This document shows positions 1 through 11,030 of a stretch of DNA of 64,000 nt, piece after piece; within the stretch, counting starts at the first letter, position 1; each line of letters begins with the position of its first letter. This DNA comes from Callorhinchus milii (lineage: Eukaryota), in assembly GCF_018977255.1 (NCBI RefSeq), contig NW_024704743.1, positions 49,788,001 to 49,852,000 on the forward strand, read 5' to 3'. The notes below the pieces were generated by a model. It was not told where the DNA came from. It was given only the letters and a program-made list of their open reading frames with translations, and did not search any database. A program made the position numbers and the translations under genes.

Positions 1-34
1 TTTTCAATAGTTCTACGATAAGAAAGAAGCTTAC

Positions 35-104
35 CTCTTTCTCTAATTCCTGATTATGAAAAAAGAGGGAAATTCTTTGAATATCATCAGATTTCAGCCA
101 TTGT
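35..104 (-). CDS. ADCY2: ADCY2 coding exon (exon 13 equivalent, 70 bp); gene continues beyond both window ends
   Basis: (K)QWLKSDDIQRISLFFHNQELEKE. CAG acceptor 107-105, donor GTAAGC. Confidence 0.93.
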
Positions 105-185
105 CTGAAAGATAAATACATTTTTTTGTAAATTGTTCATTTTTCAGTTTCAAACTATTATAAAATTGTGGCTTGCTCACAAAAA

Positions 186-460
186 TACACACCGAAACTG
201 ATTTAAAATACAGCACCTCAGTGTGCTGAAACACATCCTATATCAAACCACACTGTTGTTAATGACACATCCTGTATCAAACCACACTCTTAGACACTAC
301 CAGTGTAAGAATGCTATATTAATGCAATTCAAACTGTTGTTGTACATACCCGATCTAAATACAGTACCTCGATATGCTAAACCACATACCTGATTTAAAA
401 TACAGCACATCAGTGTGATACACCACATCATGTATACCTGATCTAAAACACAGTAATGTG
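186..460. repeat. Degenerate ~40-bp minisatellite (acatacctgatttaaaatacagcacctcagtgtg-like units)
   Basis: Several diverged units visible, with one more unit at about 688-720. Confidence 0.55.
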
Positions 461-1974
461 TTGTGCTTAGCTACTTGCTATATCAATGATCCACATAACA
501 CAAAGTATAATTAATAGACAGAACCATGCAAATTTACAGCATGGAAGTTATTATTTGGCCAATTGTGTATGTGATTGCTCACTGAAAGAGATCTGTTTAG
601 TCTCATGCTTTCATAGTCTTGCCTTGTCTATTAACCACATCTTATATATATGATCCTCAGAATACCTCACTCTGCTAAAGCACATTCTACATACCTGGTT
701 TAAATATAGCACTACAGTGTCTTAATTCTTTTCTGAACTAACCTACGATAGAGAATGCATGGCATGGGTAAGCTTAACTGAAAAATAATGATCCAAGATT
801 AAAAGATACCTAAATGAGCAAGTTGTTTATGTACAACCCACTAAATGTAGACAATTGACTTTGAAATTATATCCCCCCTTCTCTCTGTAATGTGTTTGGT
901 ATCTTTAATTGAAGTTTTTTGTGGTAAATAGCTACAATACAATTTACTTTCATGTAATGCCTTTCATGTCTCAAAGTGCTTGACACTGCTGGCTGGGCAA
1001 CCGAGCTGGGGGTGGAAGCCGAAGGGATGGGGAATGGAAAATGATGAAAAATGGGATCTAAGAAGTACATTTTGAGATGGGCCTTGAACAAGGGAAGGGA
1101 GATATGATCTATTTAGAGATTTCATCTAAATGGCTATTTCAGTGAGTAGTACAAAGTTCGGGCCCCGACACCTGACTGTTCAACGCTTTGGGATGTCCTC
1201 CCGACGTGAAAAGTGCTCTTTAAATGTAATTTTGTTGTTGTTGTTCTGAAATACAAATTTTTGTGAAACGAAATCTCTAGCAGCCTATGATACTGTTGAA
1301 TAGTTTGGAAAACTGTAGAGCAAGCCACATCATCAGGCACTCTGGGGACTTCCCCAGTGCCTTGGGATGTTGTCCCGACGTGAAAACGCTATACAAATGT
1401 AATTTTGTTGTTATTGTCTGATTCTGTCTAGATTGAATTCTTGAATGAATGATTAAATGATAAGTGGTACACGTGGTTCCTTTTATTTGTAGGTGATAAA
1501 AAACATAGAAGTTTTTAGCACACAGAGAGGCTCAGCTGCTGAGATAATTCCAGAAGGTGGAATTCACACTACATTCATTAACACCTCAGCAGCATACTGC
1601 ATTTACTTGTTTTACAAACCAAAGAGGAATTAATGGATATGGCTAATTGCACACCTATGGTCATTCAGCCCATTGTATCTGCACCACTGCTATCTTTTCT
1701 TTAAGTCATTTTTTATATTTATCCCACTTTCCAGCTTTTCCCCAAACACCATTTTTTTAAAAACTTCTTAGGTGGTTATCCAGTTCCTGTTTAAGCAATT
1801 ACGTTGTTCGATATTCAATGGCCAGTTGGAGCAATGAACTGGAAACCCTTACAACACTCCTGAGGAAAGAAAAACCTTCCAACCTCAAAACACATTGGTT
1901 GTCTCATATTTCCTTCATGTTGTATCATGCTCTCTCTCCCCATCCTTAAAATCTGCCTTAAGACCTTTCTTGTG

Positions 1975-2400
1975 TGTCAACCTGGCTCGCTTTTGTCTCT
2001 GAGTCAGAAGGTTGGGGGGTCAAGCCCCACACTGGGATTGAACTCACATGTTTTATGGTGACACACCAAAGCAATACTGGGGTGTGCTGCATTGTCTGGG
2101 TTGCCAATCTTCCGTTGAGACATTAAAACTGAGGTCCCGTCTGCCTGTTTGGCTGGACATTAACGATCTTATGGTATTATTCGAAATGAGAAGAGAATTT
2201 CACCCAGTGTCCTGGGCAACAACCCCCAAATAGGATTGATCATTCATGTCATGGCTATTTGTGGAACATTGTTGTGTACAAAAGTTGCTTCTACTTTTTC
2301 TCACAAATACACATTCTCTCCACTTCACAGTAAACCCTGTGAAGCGCTTGTTATGTCCTCCTAATGTGACAGGCTCTATACCAAATGCAAATATTATTAA
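1975..2400 (+). mobile_element. Old tRNA-headed DeuSINE (SacSINE1-like), near full length
   Basis: Head ctctgagtcagaaggtt...caagcccc, central tccgttgagacattaaaactgaggtcccgtctgcc (Deu-like) segment, L2-like tail gtgaagcgctt...aaatgcaa(att)n. Related copies at about 16810-17200(-), 27525-27920(+), 38755-39085(-) and 41860-42150(+). Confidence 0.7.
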
Positions 2401-2486
2401 AGATTAATATTTATTATTATTAAATTATTGGTTCCCCTAATATCTCCGCTGAATGTTAATGAGGTACTCTTTTCGAACAGACTTAC

Positions 2487-2567
2487 TTTTGTGAATTAAT
2501 TCCATCAATGGCTCGAATCATTCTTTCATTTAATTCCTCTTCAAATCTCCTTTTTTGTGACTTTGTT
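2487..2567 (-). CDS. ADCY2: ADCY2 coding exon (exon 12 equivalent, 81 bp)
   Basis: (R)TKSQKRRFEEELNERMIRAIDGINSQ(K). CAG acceptor 2570-2568, donor GTAAGT. Confidence 0.95.
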
Positions 2568-3360
2568 CTGCAACAGTAAAAGTGACCATCTGTTAATGCA
2601 CAAACGCACACAGTAGGAAGAGCATTGTGCCAGGCGAAAGAGGATTGTTGTCTTACCACATTACCCAGTGGGACCTTTAGGAAAGAGCATAATCCCCCAG
2701 AATCGCATCACTGGTTGACTAGCTGCCTGCTCACCATATCTATCATTTCATCTCTCGCCAGAAATACATCCAGTTGCCTCAAAAACAATTATCCTGCTCG
2801 CATTTTTTCTAGTAACTTATTCCACAAGTCTTTCAAAAAAGTTCTAGATAATATTTTGTCTTATTTTTAACTTCCTAGTTTTCATCTTGAATCTCCTTGT
2901 ATTCAAACCTTTTGACTCAGTGAATGGTTTGTTGGGATCAACCTTGTCGATTCCCTTCAGAATTTTGAAAACGTCAATTGGGAAGTTACCCCCTTTCCAA
3001 ATAAAACAAACCCAACTTCCAAATCTTTTCCCATACCCGAAATCAGTTCAAAAAAATATAGGATATGCATTACTGAAATGAGAGATCTGTTTGTTATGTC
3101 TTTAAAACACAAAATCTCTTTGTGAAAAAATTGTTATTTTACCCAGTAATATCTCTCCATAAATATGGTGACCAGAATGGCACATGGTACCTCAGGTAAA
3201 TCCTCCTGTGTTGTTGCTTGCTGACATGCACTTCATACATGCACACTTCAACTACTACAAATACTGTACACTATAAGAGCTGGCATAGGCTTTATTTTCA
3301 AACTAATGGGGACAATATTAGAAGATAAGTGCGAAGGATAATGATTGATACTGTACTAAC

Positions 3361-3404
3361 CTTTCTGTGCGTCGATGGAAATGGTACTGAACCATGGGCA
3401 CATC
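3361..3404 (-). CDS. ADCY2: ADCY2 small coding exon (exon 11 equivalent, 44 bp)
   Basis: DVPMVQYHFHRRTE(R), resembling mammalian DVPMGQHNFQNRTLR as recalled. TTTTGCAG acceptor, GTTAGT donor. Phase 0/2 bridges the flanking exons exactly. Confidence 0.88.
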
Positions 3405-4176
3405 CTGCAAAAGTGGAACATTACTTGATCATTGTCCAGGTAAGAAACAGTAAGAAAACAACCTGTTTCATGGTGCTTGATGCACATAATTAAACAAGCT
3501 CATTTTATGTAACAATCATAATCCTTGCATTTGATATAGTGCCTTATCACGTCTTCGAGACGTCTCAAAGCACTGCACAGAATGTACTGTAAAGTGAATT
3601 GATTGTAATTTTATGGCTTCTTTAAGCATTCCCCTTGTTCTGTTTCTCAGCCTTGGTTGTATGTCTTCACTCAGCATCTATTAAGATCTAGAACATTGTG
3701 TTTCTCTTTGTTTGTTTAGTTTGTTGTTGGTTTATTCATTTGTTTCTATCCAGTTTGTGGATTCACCACAGAACACTATATTTTTTTCCCTCTCTTTTTT
3801 AAAGAAAATGTAGGTTTCCCTCTTTGGTCATAACTGTGCTGTGTGGGGATCCATTAGTGCAAACCCAAGTCTCAGCTCTCTCTGGAACAGCTTGACAGAA
3901 GCCTGCTGTGGCTGAAATTAAGCTATTAGTCTGCACAGACCTTGTAAAGTTACAGTTTGCTGTTTTTCTGTAGTCTTCCATTTGGTTTGCTGATTATTTT
4001 CAGTTGCTTTCTGGATGAATCAATTTCTTTAAGCGATAAAATGTTGCAAATGCATATTCCATTTTAAGGATTGTCACAGAACTAAACCATGTAGTGTGTT
4101 GACAGGGTGTGTGTGGCCTGGATATTCAATTCAATTCTGTTTATTTGAACATAGTTCATCTTGAACTAAATGTAAT

Positions 4177-4302
4177 GACGAAAGGTCATCGACCTGAAAC
4201 ATTACCTTACATTCCTCTCTCCATAGATCCTGCCTGACCTGCTGAGTGTTCCCAGCGACTTGTTTTTACTTTGGATTTCCAGCATCTGCAGTATTTTGCC
4301 TT
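4177..4302 (+). mobile_element. Short Penelope-like (pLTR-type) insertion with 16-bp target-site duplication
   Basis: Flanked by the identical 16-mer ttgaactaaatgtaat (4161-4176 and 4303-4318). Begins with hammerhead-like TGACGA-A-AGGTC(atc)GACCT-GAAAC. Family assignment is inferred. Confidence 0.6.
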
Positions 4303-5257
4303 TTGAACTAAATGTAATTCATCTTTATGATATATATATATATGAATTGTTCCTAATAATTCTAATTAAAATAAAAGCTTGATGCTGTGATGAAAGAATG
4401 GAAAGGGTGTTGTGGAAGAATGAGATCAAATAGACTGAAGGACCATTCAAACCAATCTTGCGATCTTCCCAAGAGTGAATACGTAAATATAGATGCATTT
4501 TACATCTCCAGTTGCATTTGTTTTAAACACAGGGGAAAAAAAGGAAGAATCAGCTTGGATCATGATTGATGTTTCATTTTACATCATTGATGTAAAGAGC
4601 CAGCAGGAGTGCACTAATTTTTTTAAAATTAGCTTTGGTGTTGGCATACCGGCTTTCATTTAGTTTTGTTTCAATAGGCTCTTTGTATCCATTTGTGAGT
4701 ATCCCCTTTTGTTATTAGCGTTGACCTGCTCCTCTCCTAATTGGCTTGAATTCACTCTCATCCCACAAACTCAAGCTCTCTTACACTATTCTTACTGCAG
4801 AGGTACGAGACAGCATCCTTGTTCTCTTATGCTGGTGCAACCTCTCCATTTGCTGGCAATTAGGCCTATAAGTACCCGTTTTAAGCAGCAAGCTGAAAAT
4901 GTAGCCTCCAGGATTTCTAAAATGGTTATGATAAAGGTGAAACATATTCATTTTTCCTCCTACTGCTTTCCACTTTACTAAAATCTTCATTTTCTTATCA
5001 TTTTGCATCAGGAATGCACAATAATTCCACCATTATTTCCTCTGGTACATCAGATGTCTGAAATGTGATGGAAATATATGTGTGCAATGCTTACATACAA
5101 TATTAATAATAATATTCCTTGCATTTGATATAGCGCTTTTCACGTCTTCTAGACGTCTCAAAGTGCTTCAGAATATGCTGTAACGTGAATATTGCTGTAG
5201 TCTTCAAGTAATGTCTGTTACTCATCATTAACATTGGTTTCAGGTCACCGTGACTAT

Positions 5258-5581
5258 ATAATAATAATAATAATCCTTGCATTTGATATAGCGCTTTTCA
5301 CGTCAGGAGGACGTCCCAAAGCGCTTCACAGAACACACTGTAAAGTGAATTGACTGTATATATATTTGTGGGCGAACGCGGCAGCCAATTGCGCACAGCA
5401 ATGTCCCACAAACAGTCGTAGATTGAAAATGACCAATTTATTATTGTTTTTGGTTTTTNGGAGGGATTATTATTAGGCGTGTGGAGTAAGGAAACTTGCC
5501 CAAGGTTTCGCCCTGCCTGGAATTGAACTCAGGTCTCTCGCTTGCAAAGCGAGTGCTCTAACCACTGAGCTACAGGACTCC
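5258..5581 (-). mobile_element. Young full-length tRNA-derived SINE (short subfamily)
   Basis: Minus strand begins GGAGTCCTGTAGCTCAGTGGTTAGAGCACTCGCTTTGCAAGCGAGAGACCTGAGTTCAATTCC (A and B boxes) and ends in an (ATT)n tail. Near-identical to copies at 28382, 32232 and 59026. Confidence 0.9.
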
Positions 5582-6045
5582 ATAACCACTGAGCTACATT
5601 ATTACAAATTGCAGTTGGTGAAGAGGGAGTATAGACTGCCATTTAATCTTAGCTGGGAGGTCTGGTAGTCACCAGCTAACAGTAATTTGCTCTGTAATTT
5701 TACAGAAAATGAATAATGTAGATTGATTGGAAGAATAGTCAGCATGACACCATTTTTGTTTACTAGTCACTGTGAATTGACCAATTTCATGAATGTGATA
5801 CAAATTTACATTTATATAGTGCCTTTCATCTTGGGGAGGATGTCTCAAAATGTTTAAAAGTACTGGTTGGGCACTTGAGCTGGGGGAGGAAACCATGGGG
5901 GAAGGGATGACTGAAAACGCAGTCAAAGAGATAAGTCTTGAGATGGGCCTTAAAGATGCTACACACTGCTGAAACTATCACACAGCTAGCAGAAGATGGT
6001 TTGGATCTATTCGACAAACAAAGAGATGGGTGTTAAAGTCAAATA

Positions 6046-6409
6046 TCCTGTAGCTTAGTGGTTAGAGCACTCGCTTCGCAAGCAAGAAGACCTAGGTTCG
6101 ATTCCCGGCAGGGCGAAATGTTGGGCAAGTTTTCTTACTCCACATTTCTCTGTTTACCTAGCAATAAGTAGGAACTTGGTTGTTAGATTGGCGGATTGCT
6201 TTTCTGGGGCTAATAATCCCTTAAAAAAAATTTTGTCACTCAATCTACGACGGTTTGTGGGACATTGCTGTGGCTCTACTGGCTGCTGCATTTCGCCCAC
6301 AAAACATACAGTCAAGTCACTTTACCGTGTATTCTGTGAAGCGCTTTGAGACGTCTGAAAGAGGTGATAAGGTGCAATGTTAAATGCGAAGATTATCATT
6401 TTATTATTA
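6046..6409 (+). mobile_element. tRNA-derived SINE (long subfamily, extra ~60-bp internal segment)
   Basis: tagcttagtggttagagcac head, internal tctgtttacctagcaataagtaggaac segment, same 3' tail. Confidence 0.85.
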
Positions 6410-6736
6410 AATGTCACTCTTGGGTGATTTCTGAACTATTCATTTCCATTGTCTATGTCAGTGTTTTGGAACTCCTTCCCTCCTCCTCCCCCCTCATCTA
6501 ACCATGCATTAAGATTGGTATAGTCTTTGTTGTGCTGAACAATAAGGTATATTTGTATAGCGTCTTTCATGTCAGGAGAACCCCCCCCAAGGTGCTCAAG
6601 AAGAGCTTGAATGTCGTCACGTTGACATAAAGCACGAGTCCTGTAGGGAATCCCACTCCCTGAGGTGCAAAACCCATGAAAACTTGTTTGGATTAGTTAT
6701 CACTGTGGAGCAGAGTTATCATGAGTCGCTGTGATG

Positions 6737-6992
6737 ATAATAATAATAATAATAATCCTTGCATTTGATATAGCGCTTTTCACGTCAGGAGGATGTCCCA
6801 AAGCGCTTCACAGAACACACTGTAAAGTGAATTGACTGTATATTTATGGGCGAACGCGGCAGCCAATTGCGCACAGCAATGTCCCACAAACAGTCGTAGA
6901 TTGAAAATGACCAATTTCTTATTGTTTTTGGTTTTTTTGGAGGGATAATTATTAGGCGTGTGGAGTAAGGAAACTTGCCCAGGGTTTCGCCC
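6737..6992 (-). mobile_element. 5'-truncated young SINE
   Basis: Near-identical to 5258-5515; lacks the tRNA head. Confidence 0.9.
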
Positions 6993-8489
6993 TTGATGTA
7001 TGTGGGGTGTTCTCTACATGGCACACAGTTTACATTCCGTAGTGCACAGTCCGTTTACGCTGATTTTTTTCCTGTGAGTCTTTTGTCAGCTCCATTGTGA
7101 GCATTGCACGGCCTGTGCCGTGGATGGTGATTGTCGGTTGGTGATTGTCTGGTCCTTTCTTTTAAGTTTGCTCATCAAAACAATTCTCAGGGTATCCAAT
7201 GAGGAACTCTTTCACAGTATATATTTTGGGGCCTGAATTGTGGGAGTTGCTACCTGGATTTCCACAGGATTTAAATCTATTGAACTTGCCAGTAGCCCTG
7301 AGCATGGGAATGGCATTCGGACCCGAAATAGATTGTAGATCCCAGACTTCCCACAGATCAGCATAATGCACAACTGTTTATAATTTGATATTTATGGAAC
7401 CTGCACAAATCCAGGTTAAGAATAGTAACCTATTGTTAAATTAACTCATTATTGAATACATGCGTGCTAACATCAAGCCCTCCCAGCTCAGGTTTAACTC
7501 AAATAAAGCTCTCTCTGTTCTCTCATAATAATATGCCTGGCTCCTATGTTTTGGATAGCCCTACGATATGAGAGTGACATTTCTATTTCTCTAATTAACT
7601 TGCTATGATTCTCACCGAACAATCTAATGCTGCATTGCCGATGGTTTTGAACTGTGGACAGACGGCCAACAAGAATGAGATATAGATTGAATTGAACTTT
7701 TTTTCACGTGGCACTGCTCCTTTTCCTTATGGATAGAGACCCTCTCAATCTGAGCAGGGCTTCAAGGTGAATGGGTATTTTTCTCCACCCTTTTATTAGC
7801 TGCAGCTCAACAACAAACAATTCATAATTATATTGCACCTTTTAGGTCAAGAAGATGTGAATCGCTGAAACAATCCTCTGCAATCCATAAGGAATTACTC
7901 ACATAGATCTTGACCGAGGCAGGTATTTGCCTACAGACTATGCAGTCACTACAATTTACAGTATGTCATGTTCATGTGAAGCACTTTGAGACCTCCTCCC
8001 AATGTGACAGTCACTATATCAAACATAGGGATTATTATTATCTATCAGAACTTCAAATAGGATTGCACAGATCTTCAGCACTGCACTACAATTCTCATTG
8101 ATTCACCCTGCAGTGCCCAGCACCAGACAGATGATCCAAAATCAATACAATGTATGCAGAATTAAAATTGTGTTTTGCTATAAAATAATAGAGAAAAAAA
8201 TACTACAGTATATGTAAATCAGGCTTCAGTGTTCAAAGTTTCTCATGGTCTTAGCCTTAGGACCCAATGCCTTGAAAATTTATGCTTGGACAGAAGTTTG
8301 GAAAATTCTTAAACTAGTCTTAATTTAGAAGCTGGTTTTCCACAATTTTTCTTAGCTACTGCAGGAGAATGACTTCGATTTTAAAGTGAAATGAAGAATT
8401 TCCAAAATTCTGGATGAATTTCCAAAAACAAATCAAAAATAAACAAACACAGCTTCCTCCAAAAATCCACCACATCAGCATTTGCTTAC

Positions 8490-8666
8490 AACCGTGTTGA
8501 TTTTGCCGTTTTCCGTTGTCATGCTGTCTCGATGGTGTAAGTGGGCAAAGGGTTTGGCTGCTCCCCAGGACTCCAGGTATCTGGTCATGCGGACAGAGGC
8601 CCTCATCTTGGCTCCATCCGCGGCATGCCTGTGTCTGTAGTGATGCAGCGGGCTACGCCTCTCTGC
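8490..8666 (-). CDS. ADCY2: ADCY2 coding exon (exon 10 equivalent, 177 bp), C1b region
   Basis: AERRSPLHHYRHRHAADGAKMRASVRMTRYLESWGAAKPFAHLHHRDSMTTENGKINTV. CAG acceptor 8669-8667, donor GTAAGC. Phase 0/0. Confidence 0.95.
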
Positions 8667-9839
8667 CTGAAAACGGGAGAAATGGGAGAAATCAGCGCTT
8701 CACAGAGCTCAAGCGGTTGAAACATTTCACAGCCAGCATATTTACTCATACTCATTTCACTTTCGTTCGTTAAAACAGAAAGTCAGGGTGTTCTCTTGGA
8801 TGTCACTCACCTGTTTAAAGAAGTCTCAATCAGGGAACCATTATAAAGAATACGAATTAACTTTCACACGTTTTGTGTCTGAATCTTTCTGTTCTTCCCC
8901 AATACTTGCAAATCACCCGCAAAAGATTTAAGAAAACAACTTGGGCTGAAACTTGGCAGTGGTGATACATTTGCGGTACATGACATACTAATTATCATAA
9001 CCTCCCCCTCCTCAATTTTCTCTCCACAAATATATTGATGGTGAGGCTGTTTTCTGGCCAACTTTTTACCCATTAATTCAATAGAATATTTTACATCAGA
9101 ATACAGAAACAAAAGGGGATTAAAAAGTACTTGCATAAATGCTGCACGGTTGTTTTGCAGGGATTCTTGGGCACATCTTACCAATTCGCAAATCTCAGGC
9201 TCTGAGGAGGTCTTAAATGTCAGAAGCAAATGAGAATGTTCTTCCAAAACTCCCTATTAGATCTGTTACTGGCAACCTTATATTTATGTTGCCTCGTTTT
9301 GGATTCAATAACAAAGAAAACAGCCTAGCAATTTCCATTATATTGAATCCTCTTGTAATCTTAAAGGCCTCAAATAGTGGGTGGAATGAGCTACAGGGGC
9401 TGCTCCCCGGCACATCTTCTAGAAGTTTCTTCTGGTAGCTTCCCCATTTGAATTTTTTTTTAAGTCTTGCAGTATATGTTTTTTTTCTCACGCAAAAAAA
9501 CCTTGGTTTAAGAATAAATCACCGAGTGATGACAGATCTATATGAGCTGCGAACACAATTAGTTCCTCTCAAACAGTGGCTGCTATTTTTACCAGATAAT
9601 TTATCAGCGAGCAGAGTTTTGTGCCTTTAGAACGCTGTCGCTTTTGAACTGACACTGACAGAAACCAAACCTGAACAAATACGTTGGTGCTGTTCTAAAG
9701 ATGACCAATAATGAGCTGAAGAACTGAAAATTCACTTCACAAACCTCAACTCCCCAAGCCATGGGGATTAACTAGCATAGAAAGAAATATTGAGATCAAA
9801 TCTGCGGTTTTGCTTGAAGCTTTCCGTAAGGAACACTTA

Positions 9840-10115
9840 TTTTTAATTTTTTGGTGAGCGAGATTAGGCTCTAATTAACCAAATTAGACCAAATACATTC
9901 CACTTAGGGAATGAGGGTTGTCCACGTAGAAAAGCCCCAATCCCCCCAAACTCTGCTGGGCCCCAAATTGTCAAAGGATTATGCGGACCTGATACCTGTC
10001 TTCACAACCACCCGAGTAAGTCAGGTGACCGGATCACCTCTCCGGCAGAGCAAGCCCAGCCTGAGCCTAGTGACCAAGTGTTCAAGTGAGCTCTACACTT
10101 GATCTTAGCCAAAAG
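9840..10115 (-). mobile_element. U2 snRNA-headed, A-tailed non-autonomous retroelement (SINE-like)
   Basis: 10093-10115 on the minus strand reads CTTTTGGCTAAGATCAAGTGTAG (U2 snRNA nt 14-36). The body is homologous to 43627-43887 and ends in an A-rich tail. Confidence 0.7.
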
Positions 10116-10897
10116 ATTCAAAACAGATGGCTCCCATCCAGTGCAAGCAATCTTGGTCCTCTTGTCCTTGTTGTTTGTGTGAGCTGGAGGCGAGCTCCTG
10201 AAGCTTCCAGGCTGTTTTCTAAACGTGGATTATTTGGCCTGGACCCTAGGTGAACACAGGGTTTGGTTCTACTAAGCAGATCAATGCTGGGGAAAGAGTT
10301 TTAAGCAAAAGGACCTGAGAGCCTGATATAACGTCTACAATTTGCAAATAAATGAACTGTTTTGATCCTCAGACAGGGTTTTAGATTGCAGATATTCTCA
10401 CTCCCAACTGTCTTTGAGAAACATTTTGGTTGCTGGCTATTGAGGATGTCTGGAATGGAAATCCTCCTTGATGTATTTCTAAGTCATTTAGTTTTTTTTA
10501 AAAAAGAGGGAGACCCAAAGGGCACTTTCATAAAAGCTACAATCACAATGGGATCAAACCTGTGGTGTTTCTAAGATAACCTTAATTAAGAAATGCAGAA
10601 TTCGGTGACGCCAACTCAATCATTCAGAGTCGAGTTCACTTGAGTCGTAGTGCCATACGTAATTAAGAAATAACACAAAATTACCCCGTTTTGTTCATTA
10701 AAGCTAACACGAGAGTCCTTTTGTTCCCCGAAAGGTTCCAAACTACCGAGCAACTACAGCTGGAATGGACTGTCGTCACTGGTGAGAAATGCCATATTCT
10801 TCACCAGATACATTACAAGGAAACTTCAAAATATAAAATTTCACATTGACTTTCTTTTTGTATTGCACAATGTGGAATGTATCCAAGTATAACATAC

Positions 10898-11030
10898 CTT
10901 TGGATTAATCACTAAGTGGGTTCCGATGTTGTGCTCCTTCAGATAGGGATCTCTGATATGACCATTACCCTCTTCCACTTTATAAGCTCCATTCAAATGT
11001 TCCATTGTGACGGAACTGATGTGCACACGA
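10898..11030 (-). CDS. ADCY2: ADCY2 coding exon (exon 9 equivalent, 133 bp)
   Basis: (G)RVHISSVTMEHLNGAYKVEEGNGHIRDPYLKEHNIGTHLVINPK. CAG acceptor 11033-11031, donor GTATGT. Confidence 0.95.

Noticed and set aside
5510..5581. tRNA-Ala(TGC)-like sequences with A/B boxes (also at 28628-28699, 32232-32303, 37340 and 13011)
   Set aside because: They are SINE heads continuous with the SINE body and lack a proper acceptor stem; they are not tRNA genes.
8864..9491. 127-aa and 92-aa minus-strand ORFs in intron 9
   Set aside because: No recognisable domain, and exons 9 and 10 already join in frame. Cannot be supported as coding without a homology search.
10093..10115. U2 snRNA gene
   Set aside because: Only 23 nt match and the rest of U2 is absent, so it is treated as a retro-element head.
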